Shown here piece after piece: positions 48,997 to 58,656 of a stretch of 64,000 nucleotides of DNA. A program made the position numbers and the translations under genes. The stretch lies in NCBI GenBank assembly GCA_965659815.1, contig CBFHXO010000003.1, positions 3,520-67,519 on the forward strand. The letters are read 5' to 3'. Each line of letters starts with the position of its first letter. Within the stretch, counting starts at the first letter, position 1. The notes below the pieces were generated by a model that was given only the letters and a program-made list of their open reading frames with translations, was not told the DNA's origin and ran no database searches. Origin of the DNA: Pseudomonadales bacterium (GTDB lineage Bacteria > Pseudomonadota > Gammaproteobacteria > Pseudomonadales > UBA7434).

Positions 48997-49032
48997 GACT
49001 ATTCACCTGTCAACGACTATTTGCCTGTCAAT
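48997..49032. repeat. Tandem 18-bp direct repeat in the ygfB / TIGR02449-zapA divergent region
   Basis: gactattcacctgtcaac and gactatttgcctgtcaat match at 15 of 18 positions. Confidence 0.7.
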
Positions 49033-49381
49033 AACGGTCAATTGCCCGCTGGCTCGCCGCAACCTGCACCTATCGCCACCCTATCTCAACCTCAGCACAA
49101 CCAGAATACGACGACAAGGCCAAGCTATTCGCTATCCGGTTATTGACCGCGATGCCCACGCGAACTATATTAGCAGTACCCAAGTTATGCGTGACGGGTA
49201 GCACACAAGTACTAAACCGTGACCATTTGCAAATGGCTGGCGATTGCGCTCATCTCTGGACCACATTGCTGAATCATTGGGGTTAACCACCAAGTGAAAT
49301 CGTACCGCAAGGCGATCATTCATACTTTTTATACCAACACAATTTTCATCAAGACAATTTCCCTTAAAACAAGGCCTTACC

Positions 49382-49588
49382 ATGAAAGACCAGCTAGAGC
49401 ATCTAGAAGACAAACTCGATGAACTTATCGGGTTGTGCTCTGCTTTAGATAAAGAAAATAAGTCCTTACGCAGCCGCGAAGTTGACTGGGCAAATGAGCG
49501 ACGACAATTGCTCATTAAAAATGAAACGGCCCGCAGTAAAGTTGAAGCCATGATTACCCGACTTAAGTCAATGGAGTCCGGTGAATAA
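49382..49588 (+). CDS. TIGR02449-family coiled-coil protein (found upstream of zapA)
   Basis: 68 aa with a heptad-rich sequence: MKDQLEHLEDKLDELIGLCSALDKENKSLRSRE...KNETARSKVEAMITRLKSME. Confidence 0.78.
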   Translation: MKDQLEHLEDKLDELIGLCSALDKENKSLRSREVDWANERRQLLIKNETARSKVEAMITRLKSMESGE

Positions 49589-49668
49589 ATAGCATTATCT
49601 GAATTAAATAGCATTGTCCAAAACAATATTTGCGGAAATACTGATTCGGAAGAAGAGGAACCTGTTGA

Positions 49669-50028
49669 GTGAAAGAATTATCTCGCGGCGTTGTACCGCC
49701 TAAACACGAACAGCTGTCAACCGACGGCGAAACCAGCACCATGAATGTTAAAATTCTTGGTAAAGACTTTCAGGTATCCTGCCCTGCCAACGAGCAAGAA
49801 GACCTGATGAAAGCTGCCGACCAGCTCGACGATCGCATGCGCGATATTCGCGAATCGGGTAAAGTTATTGGTCTTGAACGCATTGCCGTGATGGCAGGCC
49901 TCAACATTACCAATGAATTTCTCCAGATCAAAGACCAGGTCGATAACAAAGAATCGAGTAATTTATTGAAAAAGCTCAACCGCAAACTCGATAAAGCTCT
50001 GCAAAACGCCAGACAAATGGAAATCTAA
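49669..50028 (+). CDS. zapA: Cell division protein ZapA
   Basis: VKILGKDFQVSCPANEQEDLMKAADQLDDRMRDIRESGKVIGLERIAVMAGLNITNEF. The GTG at 49669 has a GAGGA Shine-Dalgarno. An alternative ATG lies at 49741. Confidence 0.88.
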   Translation: MKELSRGVVPPKHEQLSTDGETSTMNVKILGKDFQVSCPANEQEDLMKAADQLDDRMRDIRESGKVIGLERIAVMAGLNITNEFLQIKDQVDNKESSNLLKKLNRKLDKALQNARQMEI

Positions 50029-50270
50029 CGATTTTGCTATACCGAATCACCGAGCTAGCCCTACACCAAGTGCAATGACGCCCCCACCTATAATCAATAG
50101 ACTTCGTTCTATTTTTTTACCTGCCTTAATCCCTGCTCACTGCGAACAATTTTTTTTCAAAACAAACCCAAAAAAAACGCCTGCACTGGCTAAAAGTAGA
50201 TGACATTCAACCATTTAGACGCTTGGGTGCTATCGCAACACTTGTTTAAATGCAAATACTCTAACTGTTT

Positions 50271-50300
50271 TTGTTAACGTTAAGCCAAAGCTGGTTTATA
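50271..50300 (+). promoter_or_regulatory. Candidate sigma-70 promoter of ssrS
   Basis: TTGTTA (50271-50276), an 18-nt spacer, then TTTATA (50295-50300). It lies about 8 nt before the inferred 6S 5' end. Confidence 0.3.
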
Positions 50301-50307
50301 CTGAACC

Positions 50308-50488
50308 GGAACTCCCTGAGGTATTTGCCAGTCAGCATGTCCTTGAGCCGATAATACCCGCCCGGAGGTTTCACGCTTTAACAGTGTGCATGCCCGGCAT
50401 GACCGGGAAGCCTGAGTTATTGCTGAGGCCACCACCTTGAACCTTTCGGTTCAAGGCCGCAACGACAGCGGTACCCTGGGGCGTTCTT
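50308..50488 (+). ncRNA. ssrS: 6S RNA
   Basis: The 5' CUCCCUGAGGUA pairs with the 3' UACCCUGGGG as a closing stem. The elements CCUUGAGCCGAUA, GAAGCCUGAG and CACCUUGAACC-UUUCG-GUUCAAGG match E. coli SsrS as recalled. It lies between zapA and the 5-formyl-THF cyclo-ligase gene, as in E. coli and Pseudomonas. Ends are accurate to about 5 nt. Confidence 0.85.
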
Positions 50489-50759
50489 ACCTTTCTTATT
50501 CAATTGCTTTTTCACATTCTTATTCGCTTGTGCAGCTAGCTGGTGTCCTCCACTTTTGCTATTAACTTTCTTGTAAACGCGCAGTGATTATGTTCGCTTT
50601 TGCAAAGGCCGCGATCACTGATAAACTAGTGCGTAAACCCGGCATTAGGCCAACTGTTAAGCTAGGACAATTGCCGCTGACCTATTACCGCAAACAACAA
50701 CGGTAGCCGCTCTGAATTCTTTTAAACAACCATCACAGCCCGGCAAAACCCGTGAGCAA

Positions 50760-51401
50760 TTGCGAGCCCACTATCGCCAGGTCCGCCGGGCGCTGCCACA
50801 ACAACGCCAGCTAGCACACGCCACCCAACTGGCGGCAATTATCAGTAGTACCACCGAATTCAAGCGCGCCAAAACCATTGCCAGTTATTGGCCTTCGGAT
50901 GGTGAAATTAGCCCGGAAATAATTCACAAACTGGCCTGGCGCGAGGGCAAGCAGCTTTACCTGCCCTGCCTGTTAGCGAATAAGCAAGCGCCGAATCGCT
51001 TGTCGCCAGAACAAAAACCGCAACACAGCACCCGCATGAGTTTTGCGCCCTACAATCGCAACACCGAGTTGACTGATGGCCTGTGGGGTACTCGCCAACC
51101 GCGCGATAGCCAACTGCTCGACAACCCACTTGTACCCGATCTACTGTTGGTGCCACTGGTTGCCTTCGATAGTGCGGGCAACCGTCTGGGGCGTGGTGGC
51201 GGTTTTTACGATCGCTATATCGCGATGATAAACCAGGGCGCATCGTCGTATAATATTGCTGGGGAACCAGCGGGCAAATCTATGCAGATTTTTGGCCTGG
51301 CACACAGCCTGCAACAACAGGAGCCGTTGCCAATCGAAAGCTGGGACCAACCATTGGATGCAATTGTCACCGAGAAAGCGCTATTGCGCTGCCAGCGCTA
51401 G
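50760..51401 (+). CDS. ygfA: 5-formyltetrahydrofolate cyclo-ligase
   Basis: 213 aa with a TTG start. The frame is open upstream to 50661 but contains no ATG. Motif LLVPLVAFDSAGNRLGRGGGFYDR. Confidence 0.85.
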   Translation: MRAHYRQVRRALPQQRQLAHATQLAAIISSTTEFKRAKTIASYWPSDGEISPEIIHKLAWREGKQLYLPCLLANKQAPNRLSPEQKPQHSTRMSFAPYNRNTELTDGLWGTRQPRDSQLLDNPLVPDLLLVPLVAFDSAGNRLGRGGGFYDRYIAMINQGASSYNIAGEPAGKSMQIFGLAHSLQQQEPLPIESWDQPLDAIVTEKALLRCQR

Positions 51402-51804
51402 TGCTGGCAGATAGGAAACTTGGGGAGCGTATGGGTGACCGCAGTCTAGCGGTCGCTGCGGGCTAAAAAAGTGCGGAAATCGCAGGCGCCAACGCGGTGA
51501 ACAAGGTGCCCAATACAAAAACCAGGCAAGTAGCGTAGTATGTATCCATGTGAGGGTATCAACCGGAAAGTAATCAATCGTTATTGTTAGCGTAGTTAGC
51601 ATTGAAGCATAACGTAAACGCGCGCTACCAAAATGTGACCTGGCGCACAGACTCATCGACCATTAATGAGCGCTGTTTTTATCCGGGCTTAGCGAGCAAA
51701 TAACCATCAGATTATTGGGCAAAAACCGCTAGTCACGCAATTGGTATCATCATTAACAAAATGGCTAGGAAAATCGGCATAAGCATAAAAAGGCAAGCAA
51801 GACC

Positions 51805-52485
51805 ATGACAGAATCGACTCAAGACCAACAAAAACGCGAAGCAGCAGAAGCAGCAATCACCGTGATTGAATCCAAGCTCGATCACGACAGTGTCGTTGGT
51901 GTAGGCACTGGCTCAACCGTCAATTTTTTTATCGACGCACTCGCTGGTATCAAAGGCCACTTTCGCGCCGCAGTTTCCAGCTCCGAGGCCAGCTCGGCTC
52001 GCTTGCGCGACCACGGCATTACGGTGCTAGACTTGAATGATGTTGGTGATATCGATTTTTATATTGACGGTGCCGATGAGTCAAACCACCACCTGCACCT
52101 AATCAAGGGGGGGGGCGCCGCCCTGACCCGCGAGAAAATTGTCGCGGCAGCGGCCAGGGAATTTATTTGTATAGCCGATGAGAGCAAATTGGTAAACGTG
52201 TTAGGCCAGTTTCCGCTGCCGGTTGAGGTAATACCCATGGCACGTAGCTATGTCGCCCGCAAACTGGTTGGCCTGGGCGGTACGCCGGTTTACCGTGAAG
52301 GTGTTGTCACCGACAACGGCAACCATATTCTCGATGTCCATAATTTTATGGTGGATAACCCAATCAATACCGAGCGCACCATTAATAATATTACCGGCGT
52401 GGTGTGTAACGGATTGTTTGCCATGCGGCCAGCGAATGTATTACTCCTAGGTTCCGCACAGGGTGTTAAAACAATCAAGCACTAG
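51805..52485 (+). CDS. rpiA: Ribose-5-phosphate isomerase A
   Basis: 226 aa. Motifs [13 protein letters not shown] and [11 protein letters not shown]. Confidence 0.95.
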   Translation: MTESTQDQQKREAAEAAITVIESKLDHDSVVGVGTGSTVNFFIDALAGIKGHFRAAVSSSEASSARLRDHGITVLDLNDVGDIDFYIDGADESNHHLHLIKGGGAALTREKIVAAAAREFICIADESKLVNVLGQFPLPVEVIPMARSYVARKLVGLGGTPVYREGVVTDNGNHILDVHNFMVDNPINTERTINNITGVVCNGLFAMRPANVLLLGSAQGVKTIKH

Positions 52486-52578
52486 GCTGGCATTTACCGA
52501 TACCCGTCTAAAGTGGCGGGCGCTAGCCAAGAGTGTCACGCTTAAACAAATCGACATGTTCAACTATTGACCCTTAAG

Positions 52579-52603
52579 CGACAAAACATCACACTTTTTG
52601 TCG
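52579..52603. promoter_or_regulatory. Inverted repeat cgacaaaa-N9-ttttgtcg upstream of the P450 gene
   Basis: Perfect 8-bp arms at 52579-52586 and 52596-52603. The repeat lies about 73 nt before the ATG at 52676. Confidence 0.3.
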
Positions 52604-52675
52604 TAAAACTCTCTACTCGCAGAGTTAACCTATAAAACCCACTCTGCTTTTGACTTACCCTAAAAGGAATACACC

Positions 52676-53929
52676 ATGAGCGCATGTCCCCATATTAACC
52701 TCGCCGACCCCGATAATTATGTCGGTGGCGTACCCTTTGAGTGGCTAAAAGAGTTACGCGCCGAACAACCGGTATTTTGGCAAGCAACCGATGCATTTGA
52801 AAATGGCGGTTACTGGGCAATTACAAAGCACAAAGACCTCGATTTTATTTCAAAGAATCCGCTGCTGTTTTCCAGCGAGCAGCGCACCTGCATGCTACAG
52901 GATATCGACGCCGATCAACTGGCCATGCAACAGTCAACGTTAATTAATATGGACCCGCCAGGGCATATCCAGCACCGGCGTATTATTCGTAAAGCGTTTG
53001 TGCCCAAAGTTGTCGACTCCTATCACGCCCGCTTTAAAGAGGTGGCCAAAGAAATTGTCGACCGCGTTGCTGCCAAAGGCGAATGCGAATTTGTTGAAGA
53101 CGTGGCCGCAGAACTTCCGCTAATCGCTATTTGCGAGCTGATGGGCGTGCCAATAGAACACCGACATAAAATATTTGAGTGGACCAACACCATGATTGGC
53201 AGTGACGACCCCGACCTGTCTACCACCCAGGAAGATGCACAAAATGCCATGCTTGAGCTATTTATGTTTGGCCAGCAAATGGCGGCCGACTATATGGCGA
53301 ACAAAGAGCGCGGTATTGAAGGCAGCTATATTATGAGCGCACTGCTCGACGGCATTGACGGTGAAAAGCTATCGTCCGATGAGTTCAGCACTTTCTTTTT
53401 AATACTGCTGGTTGCCGGCAACGAAACAACGCGCACCGTAACCTCACACGGTATGCGATTACTTATGGATGACCCTGAGCAACTACAGCTACTGGTCGAA
53501 AACCCGGACATGATTCCAAATGCTATGGAAGAAGTCTTGCGCTTTCATACGGCAGTTGTCGCTTTTCGTCGCACCGTGGTAGAAGATACCGAGCTACCTA
53601 GCGGGGCCGTTGTTAAAAAAGGCGATAACGTTGTGATGTACTATCACTCCGCCAGCCGCGACGAAGATATATTTAGTGACCCCGATACCTTTGATATTCG
53701 CAGGCAGGAGCGCGAAGACGTTAAAAATAAACACCGCGCCTTTGGCATTGGCGAACACTTTTGTCTTGGCTCACATTTAGCCCGTCTGGAGCTGCAGGTA
53801 ATTTTTGAAGAAATCATCCCCCGCATGCGCAACCCCAAACTGGTCAAACCCATTAACTGGCTGCGCTCAAACTTCATTAACGGCATTAAAGAAATGCATA
53901 TTAGCTTTGACCCGGAGAACGCCGCCTGA
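52676..53929 (+). CDS. Cytochrome P450
   Basis: 417 aa. Heme-thiolate motif FGIGEHFCLGSHLA, I-helix AGNETT and an ExxR motif. Confidence 0.93.
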   Translation: MSACPHINLADPDNYVGGVPFEWLKELRAEQPVFWQATDAFENGGYWAITKHKDLDFISKNPLLFSSEQRTCMLQDIDADQLAMQQSTLINMDPPGHIQHRRIIRKAFVPKVVDSYHARFKEVAKEIVDRVAAKGECEFVEDVAAELPLIAICELMGVPIEHRHKIFEWTNTMIGSDDPDLSTTQEDAQNAMLELFMFGQQMAADYMANKERGIEGSYIMSALLDGIDGEKLSSDEFSTFFLILLVAGNETTRTVTSHGMRLLMDDPEQLQLLVENPDMIPNAMEEVLRFHTAVVAFRRTVVEDTELPSGAVVKKGDNVVMYYHSASRDEDIFSDPDTFDIRRQEREDVKNKHRAFGIGEHFCLGSHLARLELQVIFEEIIPRMRNPKLVKPINWLRSNFINGIKEMHISFDPENAA

Positions 53930-53963
53930 ATTCAGTATTAGTGTAGCTTTAGAGTAATCCAAT

Positions 53964-53997
53964 AAAAAAAGCCGATGTTTTTGCATCGGCTTTTTTT
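53964..53997. terminator. Bidirectional Rho-independent terminator
   Basis: The sequence is aaaaaaa-gccgatg-tttttg-catcggc-ttttttt. It lies between the convergent P450 (+) and lipoprotein (-) genes. Confidence 0.72.
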
Positions 53998-54059
53998 ATT
54001 TAAACTACGGCTCCTGTCTCAGAAGTCATTCACTATCAACAGTAATTTAACAGCATTAA

Positions 54060-55676
54060 TTAAGGATCAAAGCCGGTAACTTCTTGTGGAAACACGCCAC
54101 CGGCCTGCAAGGTCCAGCCATCAAACTCACTGGCAAAGTTACTGTTACTGCTACGAATTGCTCCAATAATCGTTAAGTCATAACCTTGCGAGTCACCACC
54201 TACGCCATTGACACTACCAAAAAATCCATCGACACTGGCGCGTAACGGTTGCGAATCCTTATCAGTACTATCGTAAATATTCGGCGGCCTATCGATACTG
54301 CCATCGGCATTAGTATCGCCATCGGCAAACGCATTAAGCGTATTGCTTGTAAACTCCACCAGGTCATTATCGATGCCATCAATGCTATTTAAATACCAGT
54401 TGGACGTAATGGCCGAATCAAGAAACTCACCTTCAAAATTAAAAGCACGATTACCATAAAACCGGAACCCATCGCCATTGTTATCACCGCGCACACTATC
54501 GGGAATATTATCGGCGTCATCACCACTACGAACCAGAAACGGTACAAAAACATTACCCGCCAGGCCGGAATTTTCATGACCACAGTGCACACCATCAATA
54601 AAGCTAGCAGTTAAGTCGCTAGCGGAAAAAACAATGCCAGACAGCTGGGAACTTGCATCAATTTCATAACAGCCATTGCGAAAATTAGACACCACCGTAT
54701 TGGCCATTCGAAATTGCGTAATGCCATCGGCAAATACAATACCAAACTCACGTTGAGCGGTGTTGGCCGCATTTTGGCTGGTGGTATCTCTGCCCGCCAG
54801 AGTGACATTTACAAATAAAGGGTTAGAGTTTGCATCACTGGCATAAATGCCCGCTCGACCACCGCTTATACTGTTATAAATACCCGGCCGGTGTATCACC
54901 AGCATATCTTTAACCAGGCCACTAAAATTGTCATATGAAAATCCGTCGCGACTGGCACCGGTAATTAGCACCCAACCCAAACGTGCTTCGCTGGCTGAGG
55001 CCTCACTTGACTGGACGCGAATGCCATCACGCGCAGAATCGTGTGATTGGAAAAACTGGATTCGGGTGTTGTCGTGAATACCTTCAAGCACAATATTATC
55101 AGCGTAGGTATTACTGCCTATGCTTACCTCGCCTCCGGCTTCGGTAACAATGACATACTGCAATACAATCTGGCCAAAGGTCGCGGTAGTGTCTTCAAGT
55201 ATTAAGCCGCCCCACTCACCACGACCTTCGTAATCGCTGTCGTCAGAAGAGAAAATAATCGGATCGTTGATCGTACCAGTAGCATTAAGCGATGCGCCGG
55301 GGGATAAATATAAATAATCAAAGCTGCTACCGTCGGAATCACCAAAGATTTGCGTGCCTGCTTCAATTGTAAATATAGGGCTTGAGCTTGCATTACCAAT
55401 GGTGACCGAACCATTGATATACCAGCTTTCACTTGCAGGCAACGTGGCGTTAACAGTAAGCGTACCGCTAATCAAGCAGCGTCCAGAAGTAGACAAGCTT
55501 GAAGATGTTTCTACGGTAAGATCGCCAACCGCAGGACAGCTGGAATTACTCACCCGATCGGGGTCGGATTCAGCCTCACAGCCCAACAAAATCACAGACA
55601 AAACTAAAGACAGAATCACAAGCCCGGCAGCACGGGAAACCAAAGCTGATAATCGTGATAGAAAAGATTGCTTCAT
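54060..55676 (-). CDS. Putative secreted lipoprotein of unknown function (beta-helix-like, tentative)
   Basis: 538 aa. Signal peptide with lipobox VILLGC. The sequence is Ser/Asp/Gly/Asn-rich with repetitive short beta-strand-like segments. No catalytic motif was recognised. Confidence 0.55.
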   Translation of the reverse strand: MKQSFLSRLSALVSRAAGLVILSLVLSVILLGCEAESDPDRVSNSSCPAVGDLTVETSSSLSTSGRCLISGTLTVNATLPASESWYINGSVTIGNASSSPIFTIEAGTQIFGDSDGSSFDYLYLSPGASLNATGTINDPIIFSSDDSDYEGRGEWGGLILEDTTATFGQIVLQYVIVTEAGGEVSIGSNTYADNIVLEGIHDNTRIQFFQSHDSARDGIRVQSSEASASEARLGWVLITGASRDGFSYDNFSGLVKDMLVIHRPGIYNSISGGRAGIYASDANSNPLFVNVTLAGRDTTSQNAANTAQREFGIVFADGITQFRMANTVVSNFRNGCYEIDASSQLSGIVFSASDLTASFIDGVHCGHENSGLAGNVFVPFLVRSGDDADNIPDSVRGDNNGDGFRFYGNRAFNFEGEFLDSAITSNWYLNSIDGIDNDLVEFTSNTLNAFADGDTNADGSIDRPPNIYDSTDKDSQPLRASVDGFFGSVNGVGGDSQGYDLTIIGAIRSSNSNFASEFDGWTLQAGGVFPQEVTGFDP

Positions 55677-55795
55677 ACTTACTCCTGGCTACTTATTCCA
55701 TTAAGCCCTGAATACTGTCTTTTCAGGCCTGGCGACACAGCCAAGCCTTAGCCACAATTGAAACACAACACAGGTTGCAGGGTCGATGCAAAAGA

Positions 55796-56380
55796 TTACC
55801 CAAGGTCGCTGAGCAAGCGCAAAAATTCCTGTCGGGTATTGTACGACTCGCGAAACTCCCCCAGCATCACCGACGAGCCCATGACTGAGTTTTGCTTTTC
55901 AACGCCGCGCATCATCATGCACATATGCTTGGCTTCAACAATAACACCCACACCTAATGCACCTGTCACTTCGATAACGGCATCAGCAATTTGCCGAGTT
56001 AGCCGCTCCTGAATTTGAAAACGCCTGGCATACATATCAACAATACGGGCAAACTTGGACAAGCCCAGCACCTTACCATTAGGGATATAGCCGATATGGC
56101 AAGTACCAATAAACGGCAACATATGGTGCTCGCACATCGAGTATAACTCGATATTTTTAACCACCACCATCTCATCGGTACCCGACTCAAACACCGCATC
56201 ATTAACAATATCAAGGAGCGATTGTTGATAGCCCTGAGTAATGGTTCGCATCGCACCAGCGGCACGCTTGGGAGTATCGCGCAAGCCTTCACGCTCAAGG
56301 TCTTCACCCAACTCCTGTAAAATACTTCGGTAGTTAGCTTCAAGCTGCTGGTTGTCGTTAGAAATCGTCATGTTATTCAC
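55796..56380 (-). CDS. folE: GTP cyclohydrolase I
   Basis: 194 aa. Motifs [10 protein letters not shown] and [13 protein letters not shown]. Confidence 0.95.
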   Translation of the reverse strand: MNNMTISNDNQQLEANYRSILQELGEDLEREGLRDTPKRAAGAMRTITQGYQQSLLDIVNDAVFESGTDEMVVVKNIELYSMCEHHMLPFIGTCHIGYIPNGKVLGLSKFARIVDMYARRFQIQERLTRQIADAVIEVTGALGVGVIVEAKHMCMMMRGVEKQNSVMGSSVMLGEFRESYNTRQEFLRLLSDLG

Positions 56381-56431
56381 TTCACTGTCTTTATACTTAT
56401 CGATCTTATAAGGTTCAATTCACCGCCGCAC

Positions 56432-57397
56432 TTACTCATCGCGCGACTGTTTTCTTCTTTCAAAATAAAGGTCGGCAGCCTGTATAACGCGCTCAAAGTA
56501 AGCCTCGCTTTCACGCGCAAGATGATGACCTGCATCCTTTATCCGGAACTGCTTCATATTGGGAAATTTGTCGCGCAGCGCCTGCAGGTTGTATTTCCAG
56601 TCAACGGTCTGGTCTCCCTCGCCCTGCACGACGAGTATTTCCATATCGCTCCAGCTTAAGTTTCTAAATCGCTTTTCCCATTCAATCATCGCGCCTATCC
56701 AACGCACCGGCATACGCTTGACCTGCAAGGGGTCTTCAAACTGCATAAAGTGCATAAATGCCGCATCATGTGAATTGGGAGCAAAACTGCGCTTAATAGA
56801 ACTCAATATATTTTTTAGCAAGGCATGCCCCAGTCGCACCTTTAACCAAGCTGCCGGTCTCACCAGCGGCGCCAGCAATAGTACTTTTTCAAATGGGCCG
56901 GTGTCTTCATCTACTTGCTGGCTTAACAGATAATCGACAACTACAGCACCGCCAGTACTCTGGGCGACCACATGCCAGGGCGTTGCAGTTTTTTGATAGA
57001 AAAAGTCCAGGCACTGTCGCAGCGCCAACACGTAGTCACCAAAACTTTCGATACTCGCCGGCACGCCGGTAGATAAACCGTGGCCGGGCAAATCAAAGAC
57101 AACGACGTTACAACCGCGCTGCAATAAATACTCAATGATTTTGCCAAACAGGCCGCTATGATCCATATAGCCGTGCACGATAAAGCAGCTGCGCGTGGCA
57201 CCATGATTAGCAAAGTAATGACAGGCAATTTTAAACTCACCGCTGTCAAGATAGCCCATGTATTGGTCGACGCTATCAATGGCTTGCTGAAAGTGAATAT
57301 CGTAAAAATCCAGGTATTGGCACTCTTCGGCAGTAGGCGAAAACGGCACTGATAAATCCAGCGGTCTCAGTGCATTGCGAAGTCGATCGACGTTCAT
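56432..57397 (-). CDS. Alpha/beta hydrolase (lysophospholipase-like)
   Basis: The track ORF reaches 57445 and would overlap pgk. The ATG at 57397 (MNVDRLRN...) avoids this. Motifs HGYMDHSG and a nucleophile elbow AQSTGG. Confidence 0.78.
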   Translation of the reverse strand: MNVDRLRNALRPLDLSVPFSPTAEECQYLDFYDIHFQQAIDSVDQYMGYLDSGEFKIACHYFANHGATRSCFIVHGYMDHSGLFGKIIEYLLQRGCNVVVFDLPGHGLSTGVPASIESFGDYVLALRQCLDFFYQKTATPWHVVAQSTGGAVVVDYLLSQQVDEDTGPFEKVLLLAPLVRPAAWLKVRLGHALLKNILSSIKRSFAPNSHDAAFMHFMQFEDPLQVKRMPVRWIGAMIEWEKRFRNLSWSDMEILVVQGEGDQTVDWKYNLQALRDKFPNMKQFRIKDAGHHLARESEAYFERVIQAADLYFERRKQSRDE

Positions 57398-57416
57398 GAA
57401 AGCTGCCTGTCTACCC

Positions 57417-58595
57417 CTACTTGCTCGACACGCTTCTTTGCTCAAGAATTTCTACTGCGGGCAGCGCCTTACCCTCGACAAACTCCAAAAACGCGCCACC
57501 TCCGGTTGAGATATACGAAACTTTATCGGCAACCTGGTATTTATCAATAGCGGCCAGCGTATCACCGCCACCGGCAATCGAAAATCCGTCACTGCTCGCA
57601 ATCGCCTGGGCTATGGCTTCAGTACCGACACCAAACTGGTCAAACTCAAACACGCCTACCGGCCCGTTCCAAATAATGGTTTTTGCCCGGGCAAGTATGG
57701 CCGCTAGCTGCTCACTGCTTTGTGGGCCAATATCAAAAATCATATCATCCTCGGCAACCTCGTCGGCCCGCTTAATAGTAGCGGTCGCAGATTCAGAAAA
57801 TTCCTCACCAGTCACTACATCAACGGGTAGCGGAACGTGCGTTTTTTGCGCTAGCGCCTTGGCAGTGTCGAGTAAATCATGCTCGCAAAGTGACTTACCA
57901 ACCGGTTTACCTGCGGCCGCCAAAAACGTATTGGCAATACCACCGCCAACAATCAGCTGATCAACTTTATCGGATAAGCTATCTAATACAGTGAGCTTGG
58001 TAGAGACTTTAGAGCCACCTACAATGGCAACCATTGGACGCGCAGGATTGGCCAACGCCTGCGTTAAAGCGTCTAACTCTGCCGCTAACAGCGGCCCCGC
58101 GCAGGCGGCGGGTGCAAACTTGGCAACACCGTGTGTCGACGCCTGCGCCCGGTGTGCCGTGCCAAACGCATCCATCACAAATATATCACACAGTGCCGCG
58201 TAAGCTTTTGCCAGCGCATCATCATTTGCTTTTTCACCGCGATTAAAACGCACGTTTTCAAGTAAGCAGACTTCGCCATCGGCCAAGGTCACACCGTTTT
58301 GCCAATCGCTAAGCAATCTTACTTCGCGACCCAACAAACCGGACAAATGCGCCGCCACCGGTGCCAATGTGTAGGCCGCGTTTTGTTCTGCGCTTGCCCC
58401 TTCGTCGGGGCGACCTAGGTGAGATATTAAAATAACCTTAGCGCCGGCATTCAGTGCAAACTCAATACTGGGTAAACTGGCTCGAATACGCGCATCGGAG
58501 CTGACGACACCATTCTTAATTGGCACATTGAGATCTTCGCGAATCAATACCGACTTGCCAGCCAGGTCCATATCCGTCATTAACATTAAAGCCAT
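57417..58595 (-). CDS. pgk: Phosphoglycerate kinase
   Basis: 392 aa. Motifs REDLNVP, SHLGRP and [10 protein letters not shown]. Confidence 0.97.
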   Translation of the reverse strand: MALMLMTDMDLAGKSVLIREDLNVPIKNGVVSSDARIRASLPSIEFALNAGAKVILISHLGRPDEGASAEQNAAYTLAPVAAHLSGLLGREVRLLSDWQNGVTLADGEVCLLENVRFNRGEKANDDALAKAYAALCDIFVMDAFGTAHRAQASTHGVAKFAPAACAGPLLAAELDALTQALANPARPMVAIVGGSKVSTKLTVLDSLSDKVDQLIVGGGIANTFLAAAGKPVGKSLCEHDLLDTAKALAQKTHVPLPVDVVTGEEFSESATATIKRADEVAEDDMIFDIGPQSSEQLAAILARAKTIIWNGPVGVFEFDQFGVGTEAIAQAIASSDGFSIAGGGDTLAAIDKYQVADKVSYISTGGGAFLEFVEGKALPAVEILEQRSVSSK

Positions 58596-58656
58596 AGCCG
58601 ATGGTTCTCTCGTTGAAATTGATTGAATTTGGGGTGACGCTTAAATTTCCAGGTTG

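Noticed and set aside
49165-49626. A 153-aa minus-strand ORF overlapping the TIGR02449 gene.
   Set aside because: It is antisense to a well-formed coiled-coil gene in conserved synteny with zapA. It is Ser/Arg/Leu-rich and has no motifs.
51389-51410. An 8-bp perfect hairpin (ctgccagc-gctagt-gctggcag) enclosing the ygfA stop codon.
   Set aside because: No U-tract follows, so it is not a convincing intrinsic terminator. It may be incidental or a minor mRNA stabiliser, and it is not strong enough to report as a feature.
51463-51549. A 28-aa hydrophobic minus-strand mini-ORF (MDTYYATCLVFVLGTLFTALAPAISALF) in the 400-bp ygfA-rpiA gap. The track's 91-aa ORF at 51381..51656 lies in the same region.
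   Set aside because: There is no Shine-Dalgarno before either start and no conservation evidence is available. The 91-aa ORF is Trp/Pro/Arg-rich and overlaps the ygfA end. Both are left unannotated. The gap could be checked by RNA-seq or Ribo-seq.
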